Shown here one piece after another: positions 1 through 12,814 of a stretch of 42,843 bases of DNA. Under the pieces are notes generated by a model that was not told the origin of the DNA, did not search any database, and saw only the letters and a program-made list of their open reading frames with translations. Location of the stretch: NCBI GenBank assembly GCA_002633005.1, contig NMRA01000544.1, positions 1 through 42,843 of the forward strand, in the 5' to 3' direction. How positions within the stretch are numbered: the stretch's first letter is position 1; each line of letters opens with the position of its first letter. A program made the position numbers and the translations under genes. This DNA is from Phoronis australis. Taxonomy: Eukaryota; Animalia; Phoronida.

Positions 1-1509
1 CAGGAATTAAGAACAATTCCATATAAAAACCAGATGTTGGGCTATATATGCATAATCACCAATTTTTTTGAAACTTAGCACATCAGCTGGCCTGGTTTTT
101 TAAGAGTTTCGGAGTTTTTTTTAACCCTTTTTACGACCACTTTGTACTTTTTCTGAAAAATAGCAAATAAATGTACTGGGAAGTAGATGTAGGTGACTTT
201 TTGTCAGCAACAACACATCATCGCTTCGCGCTATTGAAAAAATAACTACATACAGCAGAAAGAAGAAAGAAAAACATAAAAGAAAAACTAGTTCGGATAG
301 AATTATTGATTTTATGTCCTCCCATTTTAGCCTACAAAAATGTCATTTTCACTGCTTACTATTAAGGCCATTTTTACGCATTTTTATCACTCTCGATCTC
401 CCAAATCTATATCGGATTCTTTTGGAACATGAATTAACTTCCATCTGTTACTGCTGTCTTTGTTCAGCTCAACGCGAGAATGAAAAATCGTGTCTCTTTC
501 ATAGTTTTTGTGCAGTCACACTTTTCTGCCAATCTGTGATCGTCGGTTAGATTAAAAGACTCTAGGAGGCGCTACTCGATTGTGCAATTATCTATCGATC
601 AAGATGACAAATAGAACAAATATCATTCGTTTTGCTACATCAGTGACGAAGGAGATCATAGGAAGCTGTACGAGAATTTTTTTCTTCGCGGATTTTCAGT
701 TTTGCTGGTGCAAAAATAAAAATTTGTTATAGGATTACAAAAATCAATTAAAGTAAATTTTAATGTACCGATGAGTTAATAATACAACCCCCATCACCGT
801 CTCATACTTCGGAGAAACAGGTTTTATTTTTATTAAGGGTGCCCATTACCCTTTGCTTGGTCAGTTTTTGAACACCGTAATGGACTAAGAATCCCACGCA
901 CTGCCTGCAGTGCATGCTGGTCCATTTTCAGACCTCCTGGACAAGTCCCTGTATATGCTCTTAAAAAGTCCTCTCAAACTATTAGCAAAGTTCATACTAA
1001 AACCAATCAAGATCTTCAAGATCACAAGTGAAAAGAGGACGGTGGATACGAGCAGAAGTGTCGTGTTGTTGGACATACAAAGGGTCATGCAATGCTTCTT
1101 GTATTACACAAAAGCGGCCGAGCATGGTGGCAGTGCGCCAATAGAATTTGCAATTTCAGAAAAATAACGGGTACGGATATTTACGATTGAAAACATAATA
1201 CTTTCAGTGATATCCAAGTTACCGGCTGTCCAAACCAGTGTTTAATCAATTGGATGTTGTTGCGACTTACCAGCTAAAAATTTCACAATATGTAAATTCT
1301 TCTCATGCGGCGGCCTCAAAACCACAGTTTTTGATGGTATGCTAGGTTTAGTGTATGATGCATTTCCACACAACACTTCAAAAAAAACACAAAATACGTC
1401 GAATCCATCCCAAAACGGGAACATGTCATTGTTTCTTTAATAGAAATTTATTTACCACGTCCAATGACAATCCGTCAAGGAACTTAGAAGTTAAAGAGGA
1501 AAACAAAAA

Positions 1510-2025
1510 ATGAAACTGCTACTAGGGGGCACAGATTCATTGGAAAGTCATCGTCGTCCGTTGTTAACTTCACGCAAATACACTTAGTAAAATTAATCAA
1601 GATCCTGCTGTGGGTTTATAAGATACACCTATGGGACCAAAAAACAAAACTGCCACTAGGAGGCGCCACAGTAGTCTATGTCGTTGGAAAATCATCATTA
1701 ACCGTCCTCTTCTCACTAAGAGCATATATGCCAATTTTTACGATCAATCTATGGATGGTTTGTTCGATAGAGGGGCAGGCTCGAAAACAATAAAAATGGC
1801 CACTGGGTGGAACAAAATACCTTAAATACATACGAAAATAGGAGGATAACGCCATCTCCCTAATAGATGGTTATGTGCCAAATTTCATGAAAATCCGTTG
1901 AGGAGCTTTGAAGATACAGAGGTAAATAAATAAAATTAGGATTGCCACTATATGGGGCACACCAGTTGTTGGATCCATCCGAAATTTGTCGTCATCTGTC
2001 ACGTAAGCTCATAAAAACCTGTGTT
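1510..2025. repeat. Diverged minisatellite-like array (~4 units of ~135-150 bp)
   Basis: Recurring (t)gc(c/t)act.ggg.. heads at ~1516, 1651, 1797 and 1944, with 'tgtgccaaatttcatgaaaatccg'-like tails. Confidence 0.55.
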
Positions 2026-2789
2026 CCATTCAGAAACTGATGAGGTGCACATCTGAATACGGTTGACCGACAAGTCAGAGATGACTGCATGGCAAAAAGT
2101 ACTGAATAAGTGAAAAATTATGATCAATTGCCATTACAATTTTAAAGGGAAGTGAACTGTATTGTTAATTTTTGAGTCGTGGGGTATTATCATGAGTGGA
2201 CTTTCTTTCCATACTTAGAAAATATTTTGACGTAAATATTAAAATACAGATTATGGCAAGCAATCAGCTCAGGGATGGTCGCCATCATTGCTCTGGCATA
2301 ATCTACTAGCTTCAATGGCGACCCGAGCAGAAGCAGACTAGTGGAATGGCAAATCTGGTGACGATTTCACCAGCTATCACAAGTCATATGTACTAAAGAT
2401 GTGTATAAAGATGGGTCACCTTTTGTACAAGTATGGTACATACTTTTTCGTGGTCTTTCGGTATAAACATGGGTCACACCTTTGAACCATTTGAATAAAT
2501 ATGAATCACAATTTTCAGACTTTCAAGGTATAACATGGTTGCAATTTTCAAAGTCCGGCAGCCCATCCTAACCCGCCACCCGGATAAGCCTATCAGGTTT
2601 GTGCACCTGGACAGTCAGTAAGTCGAAAGTTGTCAGCGAGAGCTAATACAATATTCTGAACTGAAGTCATGACCTGTTGACCCAGGCCAACACTTACGAT
2701 AAATATGAAGTAACTTTTTAGCAATTGCTACATATCTTACTTGCACCAACACGGACTAACAAATCAAACAGGCGAAAGATCTTTTGCAA

Positions 2790-3035
2790 CACGCTAAAGT
2801 CAACGCTCCGTTCTAGCTGTGCGTTCTGGATAACAGCACGTCGTTTTTTGTCTAAAGCCAAGTTCAAACTCATGTCGAGTGTAAAACATATATCGGCGCA
2901 TTTCCATTGGTTTGCCAGTCCAGCCTCCTCTCTCCAGCTCTGGCCAGAATCATCTGTAATTCCGATATACTTTCAAACTTCTGTGGCACTTTGCACGGCC
3001 TCAGATGACTTCTGACGTCTTTAACACAGCTAATG
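2790..3035 (-). pseudogene. Decayed Cys/His-rich coding remnant, probably from a transposon
   Basis: Minus strand ISCVKDVRSHLRPCKVPQKFESISELQMILARAG, then after frameshifts IC..RHEFELGFRQKTTCCYPE. It recalls the N-terminus of large transposon-associated proteins of marine invertebrates. Family not established. Confidence 0.4.
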
Positions 3036-6000
3036 AAGGCCACATTTTTTCCACTATACCACTATAGTAACGAAAATTGACCAAATGTGCAAGAAGGAAA
3101 TTCCTCCCTTTCCTTTGCAGTGACAGCCGGGAAGTGCGTGTAATTTCGAACCCTAAAGTGCTATTGGTAAAGTTAAACAGAGTGTTTCAGAAAATTGGGG
3201 TCTCAAAAGTGAAACTTAAATTTTTGTGATATTGCATTGTTGATATTAGGTGATATCTCTAAACTAAAAGAGTAGCCTCAATTCTCTTGTCAGTCAGATT
3301 AAGGCCACGCAACAAAAATGCCCAAATTCGGGGCTACGTTTAGCACTAAATATATAAGAGACAAGTGTTTTTAAAAACAATTATCAAAGATCAGTCTTAG
3401 AAGTGTCTACACAAAGAATTCCAGGCAGGTCAAGCAACATCTTGCTACTTGTGACTGGCCTGAAAAGTAGTCTCGGAGTTATCTCCCCTGCTGGACATTT
3501 AAATGTACCTATGAATTTCAAATTTCATTTTCTTACTAACCTTACATGAGTCTTTATGACCATTAATGTCAAACTTCGTCACCAGTTTTCTAAGTCTGAA
3601 TTTTTGCCGTTCAAAAAATGCAGTTTTACTGACATGAAAAATTGCTAAATATGCCTTTATAGCCAAATAGGTCATATCTCGGTAACCAAAGGTCGTTGAG
3701 TGCAAATATTGCAGCAGTGTACTTTGGGCCAGCATCTCAAAACATGCACAAAATATTAGCTGTGTATGAATTTTTGAGTATATAGTGATTTTTCATTTTC
3801 ATATGGTTTTTATATGGAATCATTCTTAACGGTGGAAGTGGCATTGCGCGATAAGATGCGCTCCCGCACTGCGGGGTGACTGACACGATTACGCTGATCT
3901 GGAACTTGGGATACAGCCGTGTTGTTATCAGTTTGACAGAGAATGTTAGCAAACCAATGATTACATAGTCCAGTTCTTTCACTGTCGGCGTTCATCTTAT
4001 GAGCTCAAGCAATCCAGCAAATATGCTGTAAACAACGCGCCTTAAAAATACTATTTACAAACGGTGTTAAAACAAATGTCGTGAAGAGGATGTGTTTTTA
4101 TGAAATACTATGACCAAAACAATGACTGTAAGCTCCGTCCCACATCATTAAGCACGACAGGCTTGTCTGTTAAGTTTAATAGAACGTGATTCTAGATCAG
4201 ATCGTGGTGTTGGAACTTGGTTTTGACAGGGCAGCGGAATGACGTAATGTAACGTAGGAAGAAAAGGTGTAGTTGATTCTGGTATACGCCTCACTACCTA
4301 ATCATGTTTGTGCCCTCACCTTTTTTGCGGTTAGCCAGGCGCTATTTTATTGACAAGGTCACTGCATCATCTGTATCCGCATCGAAACTAGGCCACCAAA
4401 ACGCAGCGCTTAAGTGCTTGTGTCGGCGTCGCGTAACTCATCCAAAACGCAACAAATCGACTAACGCGTCCATTTTGAGCAGAAGACTCTTGTTTCTCAG
4501 CAAATAAAACATGGCGAAGTCGTTATCCCCCGTATTTTAGAGTCCGAGTGGATTTTCGAGAATTATCGCCCGAGGGGTACGTTAAACCTCATCCTGAAAT
4601 GGTCACTTCAAATGTTTAGATTCACCGCATCTTTGATCAATCTTTGATAGATTTTAGAGTTTGAAGAAAAACCTGGAGGTCACTAGGCAAAGCTTTTCAT
4701 TATGCAAACGTGTACAATGTACATCACGCTCAGAAAGCAGCCTCCTTGTATCCATGATCTGCAACATTATAGCTCGCTGGTTGTACATGCCTTCATTACT
4801 TGTACAACGTATTATCCGGATATCCTACGGAATGTTTTTATGAAAACCCCAGCTTTGTCAAACCACACTGAAAATGGTGTTTCCATATAGTTTTATTTCA
4901 AAGTTTAACGGAAAACTGGGTGCAACACGTGAAGAAATATCAGCATAAACAACAAACTATAAGAAAACATCTGGCAAAAGTCCTAACAATAACATTTTAA
5001 GTGAAGCCATCATAACGAAAAAACAAGAATTACCAGAAACATTGAAAGGAATAATAACAAGAAAAACACTGACAACGAATTGTAATAGCAGGACGTTCGT
5101 CAAACAAGCAACAATTGAGCATCATGCTAAGGAAAGCTATCACGTGTGTAAAAATGCTCGGTTCACGAAAAACAAATCACATGTTCTTAAAACAATACAC
5201 ATTTTGCTCAACGTTGAAGAAAATGATACTTTTTAATGTAACATACGAGTACTTTATTTTCTGCCGTCGTGACAGTTGCAGTACTGTAATACTGTAAATC
5301 GCTTGGAATTCCCAAATGATTAACAAGCGAAACAGATACAATAAATCCTAATAACAGCACGTTCATCAAACAAGTAAAAACTGAACATTCTATAAACTGA
5401 AGATATCACGTATGTAAGAAACAAAATCCAGTCCAGCATATGTATGGTTCTCATACACAAAACGTACCGAGAGTGGCGTACATGAAGTAATATCTCACGA
5501 GACATTATTTCGTGTACAGACCTAGATCGAAGGTCAAGGTCGATACGCGGAATAAGGTCGAGTGGGATATTACTACGTGTACGCCAATCGAGGTACGTTT
5601 TGTATTTATCCCATGCGCTTCGAATTCCTAAGTTTCTTACATTTTTCGGCAGATTTTTCAAATACTTCACCCAGACTGCTCACATGGCTGATCACATCCT
5701 ATATGTATGTACTTGCGTGTTAGGTTGCAAGTTTTCTCTTGTAAAAGAAACAGTTTTAAAAGTAACGCTTTATTTCTTGAAAAGAGGTAGCAAAGATGAA
5801 AACAACGGCAACTGAGCAATGAACTTGTAACATCTCCTGAAAATTGTTGAAAAAACAACAATATTTGATATTTTAATTTCCTAGGAATCGGCGCTTGAGT
5901 TGCAGACGATATAGTATTCTGCAATTGAAAACTGAAACATAGTTGTCTTATAATTAACAGTTTTGTTCCAGATTTTACGTTTAGGGCCTGGTTGCATGTC

Positions 6001-6598
6001 GAGTGTTAGTTACACTGTGGCAACTGTATTACTTTAAACTATATTCGGAAAGTTTGATGATCGAACCGGCTGAAGATGTCGAGTCGACATTGACCTACCT
6101 TTGGAACTTTCCATGTCAAAGGTCGCTGTTGAAGTAGCGCGGGAGGTGAATACAGAAAACTTTATTTCACGGCCGTATTTCCCTCGACAAATTCAACGCG
6201 CGTGGGATAAAAACCAATATGCATTTTTCTGAACACAATAGAAAATAATACTGTTTTAACATGCATGTACAAGTGATTAATTGTAAATAAGTTGGAATGT
6301 CCAAATTAACAACAAGCAAAACTCATTAAATTCTAATACCAGGCAAAACATTCATCAAACAAATAACCATTGAACATTAACAGGCATGGAAAAATTGAAA
6401 TCCAGTTAAAGAAAAACATGATATAGGTTAGGAAATCAACACGCAACTCGAAAATTTTGCTGAGCATTGTAGAAAAGAATACTGTTTAACATCGGTGTAC
6501 TTTGATTTCTGCCCTAACGACGAGTGAGATACAGTAAATCAGGTGCAATAATCAAAATAACCATTGGCACCGAGTCCGCCTCCGATGTCTTCGAAGTA

Positions 6599-6684
6599 TC
6601 AATCGGTGGTAGAGATCATCGCCATCACCACAAAGGCTGCGCCGAGCATGATTTTGCTTGGAATATCGTCACATCCAGCTGACA
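6599..6684 (-). other. Candidate terminal exon of an unidentified minus-strand gene
   Basis: Strong acceptor tgacctcttctttcAG before a GC-richer segment. One frame reads SAGCDDIPSKIMLGAAFVVMAMISTTD*. Confidence 0.35.
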
Positions 6685-6970
6685 CTGAAAGAAGAGGTCA
6701 ATCACATGTACACGTACGCTTATTTATAAAATTTTGACTAAAATAGTTGGAATCAGACCAACTTAAGGTGTACTGTGCCCTGGTAATGATCAAATTGTGT
6801 TCTGTTTGAAGTGAATCTTGAGGTCGTGTTAACTGGAATCATATACGGTGAACTCCAGTAACCTGGAATCAATGAAGGGTAATCATACGTGTACGTATTT
6901 ACAAAGACCACTTGTTGGGCAAGTTTAGAAGTGACGAAAGTCAGAGATTAGGTACTGGATACAAACTTAC

Positions 6971-7006
6971 AATATGTTGGAAAGACCTTCAAGTTTCATC
7001 TGGGAC
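6971..7006 (-). other. Candidate 36 nt micro-exon
   Basis: ccttgttaAG acceptor and canonical GTAAGT donor. The only open frame is (x)SQMKLEGLSNI(F). Confidence 0.25.
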
Positions 7007-7385
7007 CTTAACAAGGATTTAATGGAATGAATGGAATGACAGCGTGCGCGTCAGACTGCACACGCAAAGGTTGATACTGAGGTTTCATGTATAAGGATAG
7101 AATGCGGTGCCAGTCCCAGTGTGGGGTGGTCAAAGTTCATGTATTGCTATCTTCTGCTTATGTCCAGCTTAGGTAAGATGTTTAATCTATCGAATGCACT
7201 GGCGGAGAAGAACTCCTCTAAATATACCTATGGCATGTGAACAATGTTTAACTGTCAGTGATTAAGAAGCCAAAACTTGATAGACTTGCGGGTAAAGTGT
7301 TTGACTTGGCGATCAGTTTTAACGAGAGGTCCTGTGCTCCAATGGTCACAGTTGTACGGTTTCTAATGCGCCCAAAAAGATGCTG

Positions 7386-9250
7386 CCGTACTCGAAAAAA
7401 GTTTAAATGAACGCGCCACTCACGATTCGCACCCGAAGAACGACCGCCATTTTGAACTTGCCGCGAACCCGGAAGTACAATTCATTCAGGAACCCAGGCC
7501 GAGAAAACGCCGTCAGTGCGACTGGAGCAGTGCCTGTACTGTTGCAAGCCAGCAGACGGGGATAAAATAATCGAAAGCGCGCCTTAATTTTAATAAAATC
7601 AAACTACGGACAATTTTACCGAATTTGCTGAAGAAATGTGGCGAATAAATTTTGACAGAAATTATTTTGTCAGACTCGGGACCGCAGCCTATCGGACCCG
7701 GTGTGGATCGAGACCAGTCTCTGGCGAACGGTAAATGCATGCGGTTGCAAGCTGTTTTGTCGAAGTAAAATGGTTAAATCATAAATGCTGCATATATTCA
7801 AGGGTACTTTCAGACACTTGCATGAAATTACGCCGGGGCACAAAAAAACAGGAAAATTGAACAAAGTTTCTTTTTTGTAGCAACGTTTGTCAAAGTGTAT
7901 CAACGTTAAATCTTGAAAAATTACAAAGTAGCCGGTTGAACATGCCTTTCAGTTCAGCAAAAGTCGCCATGTTGGTGCCGCCAGAAATGAGACGAAGTCC
8001 AACGGGCATTGTGAGCACATTTATCACCATGTGTAACAACTGCGAGGCTGAAATTTAGTGAACACTGTTAAATCGTGCAGAGTAGTAAGTAAAGATATGT
8101 TTAACTAAATTTCACCGTAATTTGTTGGCGAAAACAATTTACACAAAGTTTTAAACTTGCAACTTATCCCGCTGTCCTCCAATATGGCCGACGCGATCCA
8201 AACAAAGTGACCCCGAAATTTTGCCACACAACTTGCAATTACATTACCCTGCTTGCCCCGATTTTGATACTTTTTCGATTTTTACNCTTATTACATGGTT
8301 AGAGGATGTTATAAGGATCCAAGAAGTACTTACCCCATAACTAATACACAATCCGTACTCGAAAAAAGTTTAAATGAACGCGCCACTCACGATTCGCACC
8401 CGAAGAACGACCGCCATTTTGAACTTGCCGCGAACCCGGAAGTACAATTCATTCAGGAACCCAGGCCGAGAAAACGCCGTCAGTGCGACTGGAGCAGTGC
8501 CTGTACTGTTGCAAGCCAGCATACGGGGATAAAATAATCGAAGGCGCGCCTTAATTTTAATAAAATCAAACTACGGATAATTTTATCGAATTTGCTGAAG
8601 AAATGTGGCGAATAAATTTTGACAGAAATTATTTTGTCAGACTCGGGACCGCAGCCTATCGGACCCGGTGTGGATCGAGACCAGACTCTGGCGAACGGTA
8701 AATGCATGCGGTTGCAAGCTGTTTTGTCGAAGTAAAATGGTCAAATCATAAATGCTGCATATATTCAAGGGTACTTTTAGACACTTGCATGAAATTACGC
8801 CGGGGCACAAAAAACAGGAAAATTGAACAAAGTTTCTTTTTTGTAGCAACGTTTGTCAAAATGTATCAACGTTAAATCTTGAAAAATTACAAAGTAGCCG
8901 ATTGAACATGCCTTTCAGTTCAGCAAAAGTCGCCATGTTGGTGCCGCCAGAAATGAGACGAAGTCCAACGGGCATTGTGAGCACATTTATCACCATGTGT
9001 AACAACTGCGAGGCTGAAATTTGGTGAACACTGTTAAATCGTGCAGAGTAGTAAGTAAAGATATGTTCAACTAAATTCACCGTAATTTGTTGGCGAAAAC
9101 GATTTACACAAAGTTTTAAACTCGTAACTTATCCCGCTGTCCTCCAATATGGCCGACGCGATCCAAACAAAGTGACCACGAAATTTCGCCACACAACTTG
9201 CAATATCTTTACCCTGCTTTCCCCGATTTTGATACTTTTTCGATTTTTAC
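7386..9250. repeat. Two near-identical ~900 bp copies (7386-8285, 8353-9250) either side of a single N at 8286; probable transposon end
   Basis: Both copies start abruptly at CCGTACTCGAAAAAAG with different left flanks. Copy 1 is cut at the N. ORF-track peptides at 7513/8480 and 7670/8637 are the duplicated readings. Confidence 0.92.
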
Positions 9251-10065
9251 TGAGTCGAATGTACTACCTCTCCGATGATAGCAAAGTACTTTTTCAAAAC
9301 GAGAAAAAAAATAAAACCGAAAAAAATTGGTTCCTAGGTTCGACAAAATAATGAAGACTTTTCGAGCAAGCTATAGCACTTTCAGTTACAAGGAAAAAAT
9401 GGCGGCGTTCAAGACAAGTTCCTGAACTGATGAGCCGGAAATGTGGGTACGGAAATAACCGATGACGGCCGGTAATTATACGCTCACAGAGAAGGGTCAA
9501 ATACTGTTAAAAAATCGCTTTTGGCAAGAAAGGCGAAACGAATATAAAGAAAGGGTGTCGAAAATAAGAATTTATGTAGTAAGTATTTTCGTATACTGGA
9601 ACCACATGGGCAGTTTGAGAGAAGGACTTTAATAGACAACATTGCTGACCTTGTGCACCCGCGGCATCGTGCAATTTAAACGGATCTCAGCCTTGTCTCC
9701 AAGCCTCAAGATGGTGCCGATCAGTTAAGCCATTTTAGGCGCAAAAGGTACGCAAACGCGACCCAGTCCCAAAATAACCTGTGTTTACTCTCGCGACATC
9801 TAGCGCCCAGATAGGGTATTACCGCATGTAGCTCTTTGACCTCTTTCTGTTTCTGGCATTTGCTGGTGCAGAAACAGGCTGCTATTGAAAGCGAATATAC
9901 AAGCGACATTTATCTGCCTTGCGTCTTCTATTACAAAATTAGTGATTCCTTCTAATTGTTAACGTTTTTAAGATTACAATTGTAAAGCTTAACTAAATAG
10001 TAGTGCATAATTTCATTTTGTCATTTACCATTAGTTTGCAGCTCCGTGTTTAAAGGTCTAGAGCA

Positions 10066-10466
10066 GACAATTGTTTTGTAACCTGGCGTGCGTTCAGTAG
10101 GCGCTAGGACCTACACTAGGACCTAGCTAAAACCTAGTCAAAGTCACGTGCTCTCATTTAAAATACACGGCAATATCTCATGTAATCTCGCGAAGTCTCG
10201 CTTTTTAGCAAGGTCCTAGCGTTACTGAACGGGAGGCTGGCTAAGTTAGTAACCGTTAGTTGTGTATTAGGCCTAATTTTCATATCATTTAAGTGTTCCA
10301 GTAACTCATAAATTTGGTTGTAGACTTTCAGACGCTTGACAATTGTTTTGTAACCTGGCTTAGACTTAGTAACCGTTCATTAGGTATTAATTTGGGCTTT
10401 ATTTCATAATTATTTTAAGTGTTCCAGCAACTCATAAATTTGGTTGTAGACTTCCAAACGCTTGAC
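10066..10466. repeat. Two diverged tandem units (~120-130 bp); the first is interrupted by the MITE
   Basis: gacaattgttttgtaacctggc...ttagtaaccgtt...tttaagtgttccag.aactcataaatttggttgtagactt occurs twice (starts 10066 and 10338). Confidence 0.85.
10086..10236. mobile_element. Harbinger-type MITE (~150 bp), copy A
   Basis: Inverted ends cgttcagta..cgctaggacct / aggtcctagcg.tactgaacg, with a CTG duplication on both flanks (10083-85, 10237-39). The adjacent tandem unit shows the empty site. Confidence 0.85.
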
Positions 10467-10629
10467 CTGCAATAAATCATCAAATGAGAATGAGGGCGAG
10501 TCAATTGAAGTGTTTCTCTGGAAGAAAATGCTTGCATCAATAAGATGTTACAATGTGCCAGAACCGTTTCGATGCTATGTCATGTCTTTTGCATCGCGTT
10601 GGCAATTGTAGTTATAGCCGAGTTTATCC

Positions 10630-10708
10630 AACCTCAGGGTATCGAACCGCAACCCTGGTAAATACCCTGATAAAACTGGCAAGTGTGTTTACCATTCAGC
10701 CAATGGGC
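10630..10708 (-). mobile_element. tRNA-derived SINE head
   Basis: Minus strand A-box TGGCTGAATGGTAA and B-box GGTTCGATACC. No intact cloverleaf. Confidence 0.6.
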
Positions 10709-12230
10709 AATTTCCCATCAGCGAGTGGCTAACAGAGACTCATAGAATTCACTGGAAGTAAATTTACAACTCAACCATTAGGTTTTTGACTAAGGCTTGT
10801 ATACGTAGTAATGTATGTTTTTGCATGAGTATCTTCTATATGTACCTCTCTGTAAATAATTCTCTAAACATGTATTTTCTATCTGTAAGTAGCACTTGTG
10901 CTAATGTTTCTTTTGTTGTATCTACCCACACCCTGATTTATAATATATGCTTTACCTATACCTACACTTACCAAGTCCGGGGTTTGTTGAAAAAACTAAA
11001 TTGTGATTTAGGCCACTTATTGCCTGCCCTTTGATCTTGTAAGGAACAGTGATAACTGTACATGACTTAATTGACCACAGTTTTTTACAATCCACACAGA
11101 GGTTGTACTGGATTTTTGATAACAGTGAACTATCATTTGCAAAATTTATTTAAGGTTGGGTTTAAGATATAACTAGTTAACATTAACACAAGTGATAGTT
11201 GACTGTATTTTACAAAGGGCCTGCTTGGTACTAACACGTGAAAATGATCTACTCCCTTCACGTTGGAGATGCACCAGTCATGTCCGCATATCAACTGTGC
11301 TGTTAACCTATGTCGATACCAAACTGTTTGATTCGTGAACTGTGTTCTACATCGGTTTTTGAAGGCGAGTGTGAGTGAAACTTTTAGAAAAGGATGGCAA
11401 ATGTTACATGTGGACAGATGGTAAATTTCAATCCATTGTCTTTTGAGAATAATTCACTCACGCTTTCTGCTTTCAGTTCTTCTGTGTTACAAACTAGAAT
11501 TTCCGAACATGGATATACTGCAGATGCTCCAGTTAATAGAAGCAATAAGGACCTGGTGGGAATGTTGCTTCAAATTAACAGAGGAAAGACCAAATTTTAC
11601 ATCCCTGAAGAGTATCACGTGCTGCTTGCTAGTCACAATAATTGTAAATATCATTTGTGCACTTTTGCACTTGTCTGTCATTTGTCGTTATAGGGAAACC
11701 ATACTTTTTTAAACATATGTATGTTGTGTTATCATTCAAAAACCAGGAAACGGACAAAAAGCAAATTTTATGAATTGTATATGAGTAGTGTGCCTCATAT
11801 TCCAGATTACTTGTCTTCCCATCTCAAACACTCATCCATAAAATGAGAGTCAAAATTGTAAAAAAAACTTTCTGTAATGATTCAGTGCCAAGCGTACTTT
11901 CCGAATTACACCGTTCTGTTTTACTAATGAGGGTAGCCTGAGCAAACGCATTCAGTCCAGTCATAAGAGATTTATGTATTGTTATAAAGAAGGAGTGAAT
12001 TGTATTTTCAAAAATCTCCAACAATTCTGCAACCATCTCAAAAAGCATTCTATCACATCTTCTACATTTGAGGATAAACATGATTGTTTGTCTCCTATGC
12101 CTTACTTTCAAATTAAAAAACTACAAGACTTGTAGAATTCCAAGAAACCTGGTTTGGCAAAAATTGCAAAGCATAAGCTTCCTTTAAACCGTCAAAGCAT
12201 AGGCCAAAAACAAGCTTGAAACATTTCTTC

Positions 12231-12355
12231 TGTTCCGTATGTAACTTAGAATGTAAGTTGCCAGATGAGGGAATTCAACCATCCATTCAATGTGACAGAT
12301 GATACGACTGGTTTCATTTTAAATGTGAGAATGTTACTGAGGACAATTCACCTCC
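12231..12355 (+). pseudogene. Decayed PHD-finger coding remnant
   Basis: CSVCNLECKLPDEGIQPSIQCDR*YDWFHFKCENVT: C-x2-C...C-x2-(C>TGA)-x4-H-x2-C. The final CxxC is missing at the foldback junction. Confidence 0.68.
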
Positions 12356-12639
12356 GGCCACACAGTAGCCGCCCATGATTAGCAGACGACGTACTTGCCG
12401 GAAATTGCACCAGAAAATTTAGCCAGGTGTCGCCAGTGAATAATGACGTAAGGGCTTATGCGTAAGATTATAGACTATAGTACATGGACCGCCAACTCCG
12501 TATACTTTCAATGGACGAAATCTGTGATCTTACGCACAAGCCCCTACGTCATTATTCACTGGCAACACCTGGCTAAATTTTCTGGTGCAATTTCCGGCAA
12601 GTACGTCGTCTGCTAATCATGGTCGGCTTCTGTGTGGCC
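12356..12639. repeat. Long inverted repeat / foldback (arms ~119 bp, spacer ~46 bp)
   Basis: 12356-12474 (ggccacacagtagccgcccatgattagcagacgacgtacttgccgg...) is the reverse complement of 12521-12639 with few mismatches. Confidence 0.95.
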
Positions 12640-12814
12640 AGTTGTTCGCTCATACAGGAAATGCAAAGGAATTAGCTTCCATACCATCCGAAGATCCCAT
12701 AATCGGCTGTGGGAAGAAAAGCTTATTTCTTGTGTAAACGCGAATGGCAGTTGTTTCAGAAATAAGACTTTATGCATTTGTTCTGAAAGGCACTTAGAAG
12801 ATGAACGTTTTTAA
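12619..12814 (+). pseudogene. Decayed THAP zinc-finger remnant (DNA transposon derived)
   Basis: MVGFCVASCS, a frameshift, then KGISFHTI....W....LCICSERHLEDERF. This follows the THAP pattern MxxxCxxxxC..ISFHxFP..W..ICSxHF. Confidence 0.62.

Noticed and set aside
3737-4030. Possible minus-strand exon after ttgtttacAG
   Set aside because: All three frames hit a stop within about 35 nt of the acceptor, and no motif was recognised.
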